DNA from: Candidatus Kerfeldbacteria bacterium
Lineage (GTDB): Bacteria > Patescibacteriota > Patescibacteriia > UBA10025 > JAHIVO01
NCBI GenBank assembly: GCA_047946875.1
Contig: CP181398.1
Span: 649,041-713,040 of the forward strand
DNA: 64,000 nt
Direction of reading: 5' to 3'
Shown: positions 1 through 8,900 of the stretch, piece by piece
Position numbering within the stretch: the first letter of the stretch is position 1
Layout: the number at the start of each line of letters is the position of its first letter
Position numbers and translations under genes: made by a program
Notes under the pieces: model-generated
The model's database searches: none
The model's input: the letters and a program-made list of their open reading frames with translations, nothing else
What the model was told of the DNA's origin: nothing

Positions 1-129
1 TGATTATATAATCCTATAAGCACCCAGCCAATGAAGCCTACAACAACAGAAATAATACCTAATACTCCTAATACTATTACGAAAGGTTTTTTTTTACTGT
101 AATCTCGTTCGTTCATAAATTTTTTTAAT

Positions 130-1140
130 TTAAAATTGTTCTAAATAATTTAAATCTCCTTTGTAAGACAAGCGAATATCATCAATGCCATGATAGAGCA
201 TCATCAAACGTTCAATCCCACCCCCAAAAGCAAAACCAGAATACTTCTCGGGATCTACTCCCATATTCTTAAGAACTTTAGGATGGACCATACCTGCTCC
301 CAACATTTCTAACCAGCCAGTCTTCTTACATACAGAACAACCTTCTCCATGACAAATAAGACAACTCATTGATACTTCTAGCGACGGTTCTGTAAATGGG
401 AAATATGATCCATTAGCTTTGATCTTCACCTCTTTACCAAATAATGTTTGAAAGAAACTTTCCAGAGTACTTAATAAATTTCTAACGCTAATATTCTCAT
501 CTATAACTAATCCTTCATACTGATGAAATGTTGTTTCATGTGATGCATCAGTAGCTTCATGACGAAATGTCCTACCAGGTACTAATAATCTAACAGGTGG
601 TTTACGAGTTTCCATAGCTCTTAGCTGCATTGGTGATGTATGTGTTCTAAGAACTAAACCTTTTTCCAGATAAAATGTATCCCACATATCTCTAGCTGGA
701 TGATTCTTAGGAATGTTTAATAAATCAAAATTATACTTAGGTGTCTCTATTTCTCTGCCTTCTAATATTTCAAATCCCATGGATAGAAAAATATCTTCTA
801 TCTTTCTTTGGAATTGGGTAATCGGGTGAAGATGACCAATCTCAGCTGGTTCACCCGGCCAAGTCATATCTAGAGGCGTTGAAGATATTTTATCTGCCTG
901 AGAAAGTTCTACAATTTTATTCTTTATAATATCTACTATTTCATTCTTTACTTCATTAGCCATTTTACCTACTATTGGTTTCTGGTCATTGGGTAAATCT
1001 TTTACTTGCTTCAATAAATTTGTTAGTTCACCTTTACGTCCTAATAAATTTGTTTCGATAGTTTGCAAGAAATTCAAATCTTTTGCTCCTTCGAGCATTT
1101 TTAGTGCTTTATTTTTAATTTGTTCTAATTTATCTTTCAT
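130..1140 (-). CDS. pheS: phenylalanine--tRNA ligase alpha subunit
   Basis: 336 aa; class II aaRS core with the typical PheS C-terminal GFAFGGGIERL and CHGEGCSVC motifs. Confidence 0.9.
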   Translation of the reverse strand: MKDKLEQIKNKALKMLEGAKDLNFLQTIETNLLGRKGELTNLLKQVKDLPNDQKPIVGKMANEVKNEIVDIIKNKIVELSQADKISSTPLDMTWPGEPAEIGHLHPITQFQRKIEDIFLSMGFEILEGREIETPKYNFDLLNIPKNHPARDMWDTFYLEKGLVLRTHTSPMQLRAMETRKPPVRLLVPGRTFRHEATDASHETTFHQYEGLVIDENISVRNLLSTLESFFQTLFGKEVKIKANGSYFPFTEPSLEVSMSCLICHGEGCSVCKKTGWLEMLGAGMVHPKVLKNMGVDPEKYSGFAFGGGIERLMMLYHGIDDIRLSYKGDLNYLEQF

Positions 1141-1142
1141 AT

Positions 1143-1526
1143 CTATCTTCTAATAACTTTTCTGGATAAAAAGAAAAATTCAAGTAAAGTCATAAAAATT
1201 ATTAACAAAACTATACTCCACCATTGTAGAAATTCTGATGCTTGTAACATCAACGTTAAAACTATAAGACCAGAAAACCATAGTGACTGGCGAGTTGCTA
1301 CTCCCAAATGTCTAAATATTACCTGTTCTTTAGAAAACCAAACCCTCATAAAAAAACCAAGCAATGAAAATGTACCTAAAGAAGCAAAAAATATACTCAT
1401 GTAAAATAAGAGGAATCCGACTGATCCAGCCTCAAAAGGATCCATGAAATATAGGACAAAAAGCCAACCGATCCAACAAACCAGGGTCATTGAAAACATT
1501 GTAATAAGGTATTTTTTTAGAGACAT
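1143..1526 (-). CDS. hypothetical integral membrane protein
   Basis: 127 aa, several hydrophobic helices; 2 nt upstream of pheS, so probably co-transcribed. Confidence 0.5.
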   Translation of the reverse strand: MSLKKYLITMFSMTLVCWIGWLFVLYFMDPFEAGSVGFLLFYMSIFFASLGTFSLLGFFMRVWFSKEQVIFRHLGVATRQSLWFSGLIVLTLMLQASEFLQWWSIVLLIIFMTLLEFFFLSRKVIRR

Positions 1527-1718
1527 TTTTGTAAATTTATGATAAAAAATCAGGCCTGAACCTGACTATATTTTAACACATTTTTTGCTCTCTGACAAAC
1601 CCCAAAACCGCCCTTTTTTAATGCTAATATTAGCTAAAAATTAGAGGTGTTAGTAACCTAAATTTATAACCTCATTTTCCAAATAAAAAAAGTGAAAATA
1701 TCACAATTTACACCTTGA

Positions 1719-1747
1719 CAAAATTTGAATAGTGCGTTATTATTATA
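1719..1747 (+). promoter_or_regulatory. sigma70-like promoter TTGACA-N17-TATTAT
   Basis: Consensus -35 and -10 hexamers with 17-nt spacing, read directly from the sequence; no plus-strand ORF follows. Confidence 0.5.
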
Positions 1748-1754
1748 TATTGAA

Positions 1755-1958
1755 ATGGTGAGCAGTAGTCTTTAATGACGCTAGCTCAATGGGATTGACT
1801 AGAAAGAGACGTTATAGAGTCTTAAGACCTAATAACATGATAGGATTGAGTGATAACAAATTATCGCCATACCTTCAGTCTACTGACTGGCATTACCCAA
1901 ATCCATTTCATAAAATTTCCACCCAATAAGTATTTATACGTACGGGTGGTTTTTTTTA
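1755..1958 (+). ncRNA. candidate small RNA (~200 nt), family unknown
   Basis: Bounded by the consensus promoter above and an intrinsic terminator; no ORF longer than 6 codons; no match to tRNA, tmRNA or SRP motifs that I can see. Confidence 0.3.
1919..1958 (+). terminator. rho-independent terminator
   Basis: CCACCC...GGGTGG stem followed by T9. Confidence 0.6.
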
Positions 1959-2049
1959 TGACTATAATTTTAAAATATTGGAGAATGGGACTTTAATAAT
2001 TATCTTTAAAAAAATTATAACAAATATTTCGTATATATAATCAAACTCT

Positions 2050-2139
2050 GTCACTCTGAGCGAAGTCGAAGAGTCTCCTGACCTTTGGTCAGGGGATTCT
2101 CACGGTCGTTACGTTTCACGTAACTCCCTCAGAATGACA
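2050..2139. other. GC-rich nested stem-loop element (three-way junction)
   Basis: Outer 11-bp stem GTCACTCTGAG/CTCAGAATGAC encloses hairpins CCTGACC-TTT-GGTCAGG and GTTACG-TTTCA-CGTAAC; lies between convergent transcripts. Confidence 0.35.
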
Positions 2140-2147
2140 ATAGGTGG

Positions 2148-2441
2148 TTACATTAAAATCCTTATCTTTTTTACTTTAATAGCCCCAATTTTCTTATTTA
2201 ATGTTTCTAACAATTCATATTCATTCATCTTTACTTCCTGACCAGTTGCCGAACTAAGAACCGCTACTGTCATTGTTCCATCTTTTACATATTTTGCTTG
2301 AATCCTATCTTTAAATTTATCCCCCATTATCTTCACTACCAACTTATCAAATTCATCACAAATCATAGCGGCGCCAACTTCTTTGGCAGCACCAGTTCTA
2401 CCTAAGCTCTCTCCTAATAAATTTTTTATCGATATTACCAT
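2148..2441 (-). CDS. DUF721/DciA-like small protein
   Basis: 97 aa; the pattern IKNLLGESLG...GAAMICDEF...KDGTMTVAVLSSATGQEV matches the DUF721 family as I recall it. Confidence 0.5.
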   Translation of the reverse strand: MVISIKNLLGESLGRTGAAKEVGAAMICDEFDKLVVKIMGDKFKDRIQAKYVKDGTMTVAVLSSATGQEVKMNEYELLETLNKKIGAIKVKKIRILM

Positions 2442-2446
2442 TTTGA

Positions 2447-2851
2447 TTATACTTTCCTAACTCTAGTTATCTGATTTAATATATTTTCAATTACTCCTTC
2501 TATATTATTATAAATATCATAATTAGTAAAACGTAAAAAATCTATACTAAACGTCTCAATAAACTCTTGGCGCTTTTTATCATTGATCTTAGCTTCTTTG
2601 GTTAAAAAATGCGTTGGACCATCCACCTCTATAACCAACCTTAACTCTGGACAATAGAAATCTACCACATATCCACCGATGCTGTACTGACGACGAAACT
2701 TAAAATCTCCGATCTGACGACCTTTCAAATACCGCCAAAGAATCAATTCAGCCTTCGGCGACTCACGTCGTAGTTTTTGACGACGCTCTTTCATACTCGT
2801 GCAATTATATAATCTTGTCATATGATGGATTGACCTCCCCTTAATAGACAT
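2447..2851 (-). CDS. DUF559 endonuclease-domain protein (Vsr-like fold)
   Basis: 134 aa; ELILWRYLKGRQ...FRRQ...GGYVVDFYCPELRLVIEVDG..H is the classic DUF559 signature. Confidence 0.8.
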   Translation of the reverse strand: MSIKGRSIHHMTRLYNCTSMKERRQKLRRESPKAELILWRYLKGRQIGDFKFRRQYSIGGYVVDFYCPELRLVIEVDGPTHFLTKEAKINDKKRQEFIETFSIDFLRFTNYDIYNNIEGVIENILNQITRVRKV

Positions 2852-3092
2852 TTAATTATTATTCTCAACCCCTCCTTCATCCCCTCCTCAATTGAGGAGG
2901 GGAAAGGCATACACTATAAATATAACCATTTCATGGTGAGAGGTGGTGGAGTAAACAAAAAATCCCCATGGTTATTGGGGAAAGTATTATATATGTAAAT
3001 TACGATATTTTTATCTTCTAGTCAATTAATTACGATTTAATGTTTCTGGCATACATAATTTTACCTTTTATTAACAATAAACGAAAAAACAC

Positions 3093-3121
3093 TTGACGAA
3101 AGTATGAACAAGACTTAATAT
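3093..3121 (+). promoter_or_regulatory. promoter TTGACG-N17-TAATAT
   Basis: Hexamers with 17-nt spacing about 40 nt upstream of the 3160 gene; shares AAAGTATGAA(A)CA after the -35 with the promoter at 12805. Confidence 0.5.
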
Positions 3122-3159
3122 AATATAAATAAGTAAAAAATCAAAAAAGGAGGAAAACA

Positions 3160-3531
3160 TTGAACAGTGAACAATTAGTCCAACAAGTGCGTGATGGAGA
3201 TATTATGGAGTATACTCTGACCGGCGACATCGACGACCTTGTCGTGGACATGCTCGATTTCGCCATTACTTCCGAAAAAAACGAACATGAACTGCACCTG
3301 GTCAACCTGACAGCAGTCACCTCAATTACGGACTATGCAATCGGAAAATTCATCCTGATCCGAGAGATCCTGGATATTAAAAAGGAAAAGCTGGCTCTGA
3401 CACTGGGTGGCAGAGAACACCCACTTCTCGAGCGGCTAGCCTGTGCGTTTATGAACAAACAGGTTTATATCTACCCTTCAGCGGAAAAAGCGGTTGAAGT
3501 ACTACACCGCCCTCAGACTACTTCGACCTAA
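3160..3531 (+). CDS. STAS-domain-like protein (anti-sigma-factor-antagonist fold)
   Basis: 123 aa; TTG start 7 nt after an AGGAGG ribosome-binding site; GC-rich relative to surroundings; LTGDIDDLVVDML...LVNLTAV.SI.DYAIGKF resembles a STAS domain. Confidence 0.4.
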   Translation: MNSEQLVQQVRDGDIMEYTLTGDIDDLVVDMLDFAITSEKNEHELHLVNLTAVTSITDYAIGKFILIREILDIKKEKLALTLGGREHPLLERLACAFMNKQVYIYPSAEKAVEVLHRPQTTST

Positions 3532-3559
3532 CTCGAAATTCCCGGCTAAAAACAAACCA

Positions 3560-3590
3560 AGCTCGGCGTAACATCACCGAGCTTTTTTAT
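3560..3590 (+). terminator. rho-independent terminator
   Basis: AGCTCGG...CCGAGCT stem followed by a T-run. Confidence 0.6.
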
Positions 3591-3679
3591 TTATGTCTTG
3601 TAATCCGTCTACTTTTTTATCATCTTCTGGATTGTGACTTAATGTTTCTGACATATATTTGTATTTTTGATATAATTCT

Positions 3680-4771
3680 TCATTTATCATACCTCCCTAT
3701 CTCCTCCTTTATTGTCCTAGCAACTACTTCCGGATCCTGCTTTTCATCGAAAAATATATTATGATAATGCGTATTATCTATCCCCAGCACCCTCAACACT
3801 TCCCATACTTTATTCTGTTGATCTTTGAATGCCTCAGGCAATACTACCAAATGAGTAATATCTAGATTCTCTTTCTTAATATAAGATGACGCATCAAGTG
3901 CCTCACATAACCACCGTCCATTAGTCGTACGCAGAGGTATCTCACCATAGGCAGGGTTCTCAGCATCGGGGTTAGTAAAATATATAGCCTCCCCTTTCCG
4001 CCTGATATTCCCATTAGCCTCCAACTGTTTAACTAGTTCCTCTGCCTCAATTATCTTCTCACTTTCTGAGATCAATAAATATTCCTTACCCTCGGTGGCA
4101 TCTTCTGACATTACCCCTTTTTCTTTTAACAAACCTTCTACACTTCTTTTAAAATTTTCTTTTACCCCATCTGACAGTTGCAACTGCGGAGCATCAAGTG
4201 GATCTCCTTTTTCAGTAGTTATTGCATGACCCTGTTCATCTGTCTGTATTTTTTTTGGCTTACCTAACAGATCCGTAGCATCAGGCATATCCGTATTATA
4301 TTCATCATAAAGAGATATCAACCTAGCCTTGGGGAATGATTCCGTTAATGTCTTCGCCACCTCTATCCCCACCTTATCCGTATCAGTCAGCTTATCCGAC
4401 CATATCTTACCACTAGATAGATCATAATCCGCCAAGTAAGGGCTAAATGACTCAAACTCCACCTTACGACCACTTCGATAATCTTCCAGGATTTCATTCA
4501 TTTGGCATAAGGAAAAATCCACGCCTTCACGCATGGCTTCTTTTGATGCTTCCTCTATTTCTTCATCCAATTTATATTTCAATTGCTTATCTCCAGCAGC
4601 TATACTAAAAGCACTTTTGAATTTATCTCTAATACCATTCAATATCTTTCTGATTTGCGAAGGACTTTTCTCCTCTTCTGTTTCAACTTCTGGAGAATCA
4701 TAAACCACCTCGGTCCTTTCAACCTCGTCGTTCCGCTCCACCTCTGGATTGTGCTTTAATGTTTCTGACAT
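3680..4771 (-). CDS. acidic hypothetical protein; probable third gene of the ATPase/DUF4276 operon
   Basis: 363 aa, Glu/Asp-rich N-terminus, no recognisable domain; starts 27 nt downstream of the DUF4276 stop on the same strand. Confidence 0.5.
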   Translation of the reverse strand: MSETLKHNPEVERNDEVERTEVVYDSPEVETEEEKSPSQIRKILNGIRDKFKSAFSIAAGDKQLKYKLDEEIEEASKEAMREGVDFSLCQMNEILEDYRSGRKVEFESFSPYLADYDLSSGKIWSDKLTDTDKVGIEVAKTLTESFPKARLISLYDEYNTDMPDATDLLGKPKKIQTDEQGHAITTEKGDPLDAPQLQLSDGVKENFKRSVEGLLKEKGVMSEDATEGKEYLLISESEKIIEAEELVKQLEANGNIRRKGEAIYFTNPDAENPAYGEIPLRTTNGRWLCEALDASSYIKKENLDITHLVVLPEAFKDQQNKVWEVLRVLGIDNTHYHNIFFDEKQDPEVVARTIKEEIGRYDK

Positions 4772-4797
4772 TTAATATTATAGTTATATTTCAATAT

Positions 4798-5490
4798 TTA
4801 TCTACTGACAAAAGAATCAACCTCTGTAATAAATTCATTTAAGCTATTAATCTTAGATTTAACAGATAAATACAATTCGCTATAATCTAATGCTTTGATA
4901 GTTCTTTTTATGCTATTTTCAGTCTTTGTATATCTTAATCCCACAATTTTATATATATCGTCTAAATCTATTGATGGATGACTTCTACTCTCTGGATTAT
5001 CTCTAAAAGGATCAAAATCAACACCAGTGCTTACAAGTGATTCTGTAAGAGAAGGATGAATTTTTCTATAATGACTTACCTCACCTAAAAACCATGCTTC
5101 CACTTCCATAATCGCTAGTACAATCTTTATTGGGATATATTTAGTTGGAACACGGGTAGATAGACCCATTTTTAAAGCTGGAATTTCAGCATGCGTAAAT
5201 GGATATACATCTCTTAACCCTATGATCCTATCGTAACCGCTTTCTGATAACTTTTCACAATGCTCAATAATGTCCGATTTAACACTTGAGTCTCCGCCAC
5301 AATCACGTATTAAAACATAATATTCCTTTTTAGGATTAATTGATTTTGCTTCAATTATTGTTAATAAATTTTTTTCAAATCTTTTTGTTTTAGATACTGT
5401 AATATTATTTTGACCAATAACTTCAATTAATAGCCTTTCTGAAAAAATTTGTTCTGTTTTACCCTCGACAAATATTGCTAACTTTTTCAT
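4798..5490 (-). CDS. DUF4276 family protein (Toprim-like)
   Basis: 230 aa; N-terminal KLAIFVEGKTEQIF plus IRDCGGD look like a Toprim Glu and DxD motif; 4-nt overlap with the upstream ATPase gene. Confidence 0.65.
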   Translation of the reverse strand: MKKLAIFVEGKTEQIFSERLLIEVIGQNNITVSKTKRFEKNLLTIIEAKSINPKKEYYVLIRDCGGDSSVKSDIIEHCEKLSESGYDRIIGLRDVYPFTHAEIPALKMGLSTRVPTKYIPIKIVLAIMEVEAWFLGEVSHYRKIHPSLTESLVSTGVDFDPFRDNPESRSHPSIDLDDIYKIVGLRYTKTENSIKRTIKALDYSELYLSVKSKINSLNEFITEVDSFVSR

Positions 5491-6629
5491 TTAATATTTT
5501 CATCTCTTAAATAAAAATTATTTGTAAAGAAATCAAAATTATTAAGTCCAGTATATTTAAATTCATCAAATAGCTTCTTAGAATTTTCATAATTAAGGAT
5601 ACTACATTTTCCTCCTACTCTATTAATAATAAGCCATAACTCAATTGGGATATCATTCATGACAAAGCGATCATTCGTAGTCATTATTAATTGAGCGGGT
5701 GAATCATCAATTTTTTTCATTAACAATTTAATAAGTGCTTGAGATCTCTCAAAATCTAATCCTTCACCAATATCATCAATGAGTATACAGGTAGGTGTTG
5801 ACTCTAAATGTGAGTAATTCAATTGAATAACCAATGACAAAGCTCTAAACATACCTTGAGAGATATCTTGTTGGTTTGTTATTCCTTCAAGATCTTTTTC
5901 CTTAACTGATAAACCCTTTGCCTCTATCTTCATCCCAAAATCAGATATAATTGGTATAGTTTCTAAAAAAATATTTTCTAATTGATAATTAATTTTCTTC
6001 ATATCCTTTCTGATTACATTTACAAATTTCTGACCATATTTTTTTTGACCTGCATCAAAAATATCAATTAGTCTGTTTATATTTTTTAAATTAATTTTTT
6101 CAATATTTTTATTTTGATTAATTCCTGAAACCTGATCTTTCCCCATTTGACTTCCAAATGGATAATAAAGAGTTTGCTTTCCCCATTTATATAGGTCATT
6201 AAAAAATGGGTGCTGAATTAAATCTTTCCTTACTACACAGGCTAATTCATTATTCGATACTTGAAAATCAATACTTTTTTTAAGTTGTACTGCAAATATT
6301 TTTCCTTTACCATTACCCTTTCTTTCTAGAAATTTCTTTTTATCTACTATGAATTCTTCTTTTAGTACTTTAGAATTTTTATATTTCAAAATATATTTAA
6401 CAATTTGTTTTCCATTCTCAAATTCAATTTCATAATTTCCTGAATTATATATTAATTTTTGATCACCAGAAACTAATGCAGCGAATGCATTTATAATATT
6501 TAATATTCTTGTTTTACCTGACGCATTTTTTCCAACAAGTAAATTTTTCTTACCAACGTTAAACTTTTTAACATGCCATGCTTTGGGCGTATTTTCAAAT
6601 TGACTATACTTGATTGATTTTAATATCAT
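5487..6629 (-). CDS. AAA_21/AAA_15-type ABC-like ATPase (OLD/PARIS AriA-like)
   Basis: 380 aa; Walker A GKNASGKT; C-terminal ILIDDIGEGLD Walker B/D-loop and TTND H-loop. Confidence 0.7.
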   Translation of the reverse strand: MILKSIKYSQFENTPKAWHVKKFNVGKKNLLVGKNASGKTRILNIINAFAALVSGDQKLIYNSGNYEIEFENGKQIVKYILKYKNSKVLKEEFIVDKKKFLERKGNGKGKIFAVQLKKSIDFQVSNNELACVVRKDLIQHPFFNDLYKWGKQTLYYPFGSQMGKDQVSGINQNKNIEKINLKNINRLIDIFDAGQKKYGQKFVNVIRKDMKKINYQLENIFLETIPIISDFGMKIEAKGLSVKEKDLEGITNQQDISQGMFRALSLVIQLNYSHLESTPTCILIDDIGEGLDFERSQALIKLLMKKIDDSPAQLIMTTNDRFVMNDIPIELWLIINRVGGKCSILNYENSKKLFDEFKYTGLNNFDFFTNNFYLRDENIK

Positions 6630-6674
6630 ATATTTATTTATTTACTAATCTAAATCTAATCCATTTTTAACTTT

Positions 6675-6700
6675 AAATCAACCCTGCCATTTACCCTCAC
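6675..6700. repeat. partial copy (A1) of the ~75-bp island repeat
   Basis: AAATCAACCCTGCCATTTACCCTCAC matches 25 of 26 nt with the start of repeats A2 and A3; lies about 45 nt upstream of the ATPase start. Confidence 0.7.
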
Positions 6701-6722
6701 AAATATCCCAGAATATCTTATT

Positions 6723-7829
6723 TTATTTTCCTGACTTAGTTCGATTATCCTGTTTACACAACATTTGACAATTTTTTGCTGTTGTTTTACCTCCTTCATG
6801 CCATGGATCAATGTGATCAGCTTCCATTTCAGAAATATCCCACTTCTGTTTCTTTTTGTTCTGCTTTTTGCAATCAGGACATACACCCTTTTGCCTCTCA
6901 TACGCTTCTCGCTTCATTTTATCGGTGAACGCGCGAATAGAAAGGTGCTTCTCCTGCCCTGTGAGTACATAAGGATAGATACCATATTTTTTTGTCACAT
7001 CCTCATCCTGCATCAATTTAGCAATTTCTGTTTCAAGTTTTTTTACACTTAATTTATTATCTTTGAATTGATTATATAGTTCTCCCCAATTCACGCTAAC
7101 CATTTCTTTACGATAATTTGTAAAAGTCTTTCGCACCCATTCAATCACATCTTGAAAATATCTCCACAACTCGTCAGCGTTTTTATCGTGTTGGTGTTTG
7201 GCCATGTAATCTTCTATCTTACCTTCGTTGATCCAGAAAAGTGCAGTTTCTAAATAATCTTGTCGTATTGGTGATCCACTTACCAAATGTCCTCCGTCAT
7301 TTGCTAAAAGATATGCTGCACAGTTTGATTTACTAAATTTCAATTTAGCATCACTTAACCATGGCCCCGTATAAACCGCATTGCGTAACTCTTGGTCGGT
7401 CAATTTTTCACCTGCAATATTAATAATCTTGAACCAATCAAGTCGCTCCCGATCTGTACCTTCGCACCAGTAAATCATAAGTTCATAATTCAAAATCTGA
7501 TCTTGTTCCTCATCTGTTAAATTATGAAAATACTTTTCATCTAGTGAAAAATCACCATTTACATATTGACCGATACTAATAGTACGCTGTTGACCATCGA
7601 GCATTTCGAAACCATCCTCATTCTTCAACCAATACATCACATTAAGTGGAAATTTTTGTTTGATGGATATTATAACTTCTTTACGTTGTTTGTCATTATA
7701 GACAAATTCGCGTTGATACTTAGGGCGAATATCGAGCTTGCCACCATATGCCACAACACCTTCTTCGGCGCTGTCTTTATAATCAGCGATTACTTCACGC
7801 ACAGAGATTCGATGTAGTTCAATTTTCAT
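6723..7829 (-). CDS. DUF262 (ParB-like DGQQR nuclease) with C-terminal HNH endonuclease domain
   Basis: 368 aa; DGQQR motif at about residue 80; C-terminus ADHIDPWHEGGKTTAKNCQMLCKQDNRTKS is an HNH motif with CxxC. Confidence 0.75.
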   Translation of the reverse strand: MKIELHRISVREVIADYKDSAEEGVVAYGGKLDIRPKYQREFVYNDKQRKEVIISIKQKFPLNVMYWLKNEDGFEMLDGQQRTISIGQYVNGDFSLDEKYFHNLTDEEQDQILNYELMIYWCEGTDRERLDWFKIINIAGEKLTDQELRNAVYTGPWLSDAKLKFSKSNCAAYLLANDGGHLVSGSPIRQDYLETALFWINEGKIEDYMAKHQHDKNADELWRYFQDVIEWVRKTFTNYRKEMVSVNWGELYNQFKDNKLSVKKLETEIAKLMQDEDVTKKYGIYPYVLTGQEKHLSIRAFTDKMKREAYERQKGVCPDCKKQNKKKQKWDISEMEADHIDPWHEGGKTTAKNCQMLCKQDNRTKSGK

Positions 7830-7830
7830 A

Positions 7831-8874
7831 CTATTTTTTTACTTTCTTATTTTTTATAATAATTCGTGCATAAGTAACATTAACAATACCATTTACAATC
7901 ATATATAAATCACCATCAACAGCACCTCTTTTTTGAATTTCCTTCCTATATTTTTTATGCTCTTCTTTGTATCGTTTAACTCCAATTTCTATTCCTGAAT
8001 TAGATATACCTAAACCAATAATCTCGAATTGTTTCGGATTATATTTATCGAGAAAAGTGATTGGCACACCCATATCACCGCCATAGTCATAAGGGATATC
8101 AGTGTATTTATTTACATTAATTGCGTTATAGTTTTCATATTTAGGATATTCCTCAGATTTATATTTTTTATAAAGTGTAATATTCTCTTTATGTTTATCA
8201 ACTTCTAAGTTAGTGAACCAACATGAAGTTGATACACGAGCAATTTTATTACCACTCTCATCAATATGATGAAACTTTTCCCAATCTTCTGGTACAATAA
8301 AAAACATACCAACATTAAAATTAGTGTAGCCAGTTCGAATTCTATCCTCCTTAAATAGTTTGAAAATTTCCTTATAAGTCATTGAATTAGTATTGCCAAT
8401 AATCAAAAACTTTTTATCATATTCTCTCAGCTGTGCAACATACTCGCGAAACAAAGAAAAGGGCGGATTAGTTACGACAATATCAGCCTCTTTGAGTAGA
8501 TCTATACACTCATCGCTACGAAAATCACCAGTGCCAATCATCTCGGTTATGAATTCTTCTGGATCAGGAATACGGTTGCCATTTTTATCACCAGTATATT
8601 CCAATTTATAAGGTTGTTCTTGGGTAAATAAGCTTGCTTCTTTGTAATGTGTAGCAATCAATTTTTTCAATCCTAAATGTTCAAAATTCATGCTGAAATA
8701 CTTGACGAAATTACTTTCTTTCGGATCATCGCAGTTACAAAAAACTACTTTGCCACGAAATTGATCTTTATAATGTTTTAGCTCTTTTTCAATATCAGAG
8801 AGTTGAGTGTAAAATTCGTCTTTCTTTTCTTTGCTTGCTTTGTGCAAATTTTTATTTGAAGATTTTTTTTTCAT
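7831..8874 (-). CDS. EcoRI-family N6-adenine DNA methyltransferase
   Basis: 347 aa; N-terminal KNLHKASKEKKDEFYTQLSDIEKEL...VVFCNCDDP and DIVVTNPPFSLFREY closely parallel M.EcoRI as I recall it. Confidence 0.75.
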   Translation of the reverse strand: MKKKSSNKNLHKASKEKKDEFYTQLSDIEKELKHYKDQFRGKVVFCNCDDPKESNFVKYFSMNFEHLGLKKLIATHYKEASLFTQEQPYKLEYTGDKNGNRIPDPEEFITEMIGTGDFRSDECIDLLKEADIVVTNPPFSLFREYVAQLREYDKKFLIIGNTNSMTYKEIFKLFKEDRIRTGYTNFNVGMFFIVPEDWEKFHHIDESGNKIARVSTSCWFTNLEVDKHKENITLYKKYKSEEYPKYENYNAINVNKYTDIPYDYGGDMGVPITFLDKYNPKQFEIIGLGISNSGIEIGVKRYKEEHKKYRKEIQKRGAVDGDLYMIVNGIVNVTYARIIIKNKKVKK

Positions 8875-8900
8875 AAATTAATATTCCAACTTTTTTATTT

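Noticed and set aside
1780-1860. tRNA-like sequence (GCTAGCTCAATGGG)
   Set aside because: No acceptor stem, T-loop (GTTCRANYC) or anticodon-arm structure can be drawn.
6656-7052. ORFs 6656-6901(-) and 6765-7052(+) overlapping repeat A1 and the DUF262-HNH gene
   Set aside because: They are antisense to, or out of frame with, a well-supported gene; low-complexity translations; no ribosome-binding site.
7831-8874. GAATTC avoidance as a signature of an active EcoRI-type restriction-modification system
   Set aside because: Several GAATTC sites are visible (about 8335, 8553, 16584, 18307, 20168, 20856); there is no obvious depletion by eye, and the specificity of this methyltransferase homologue may differ.
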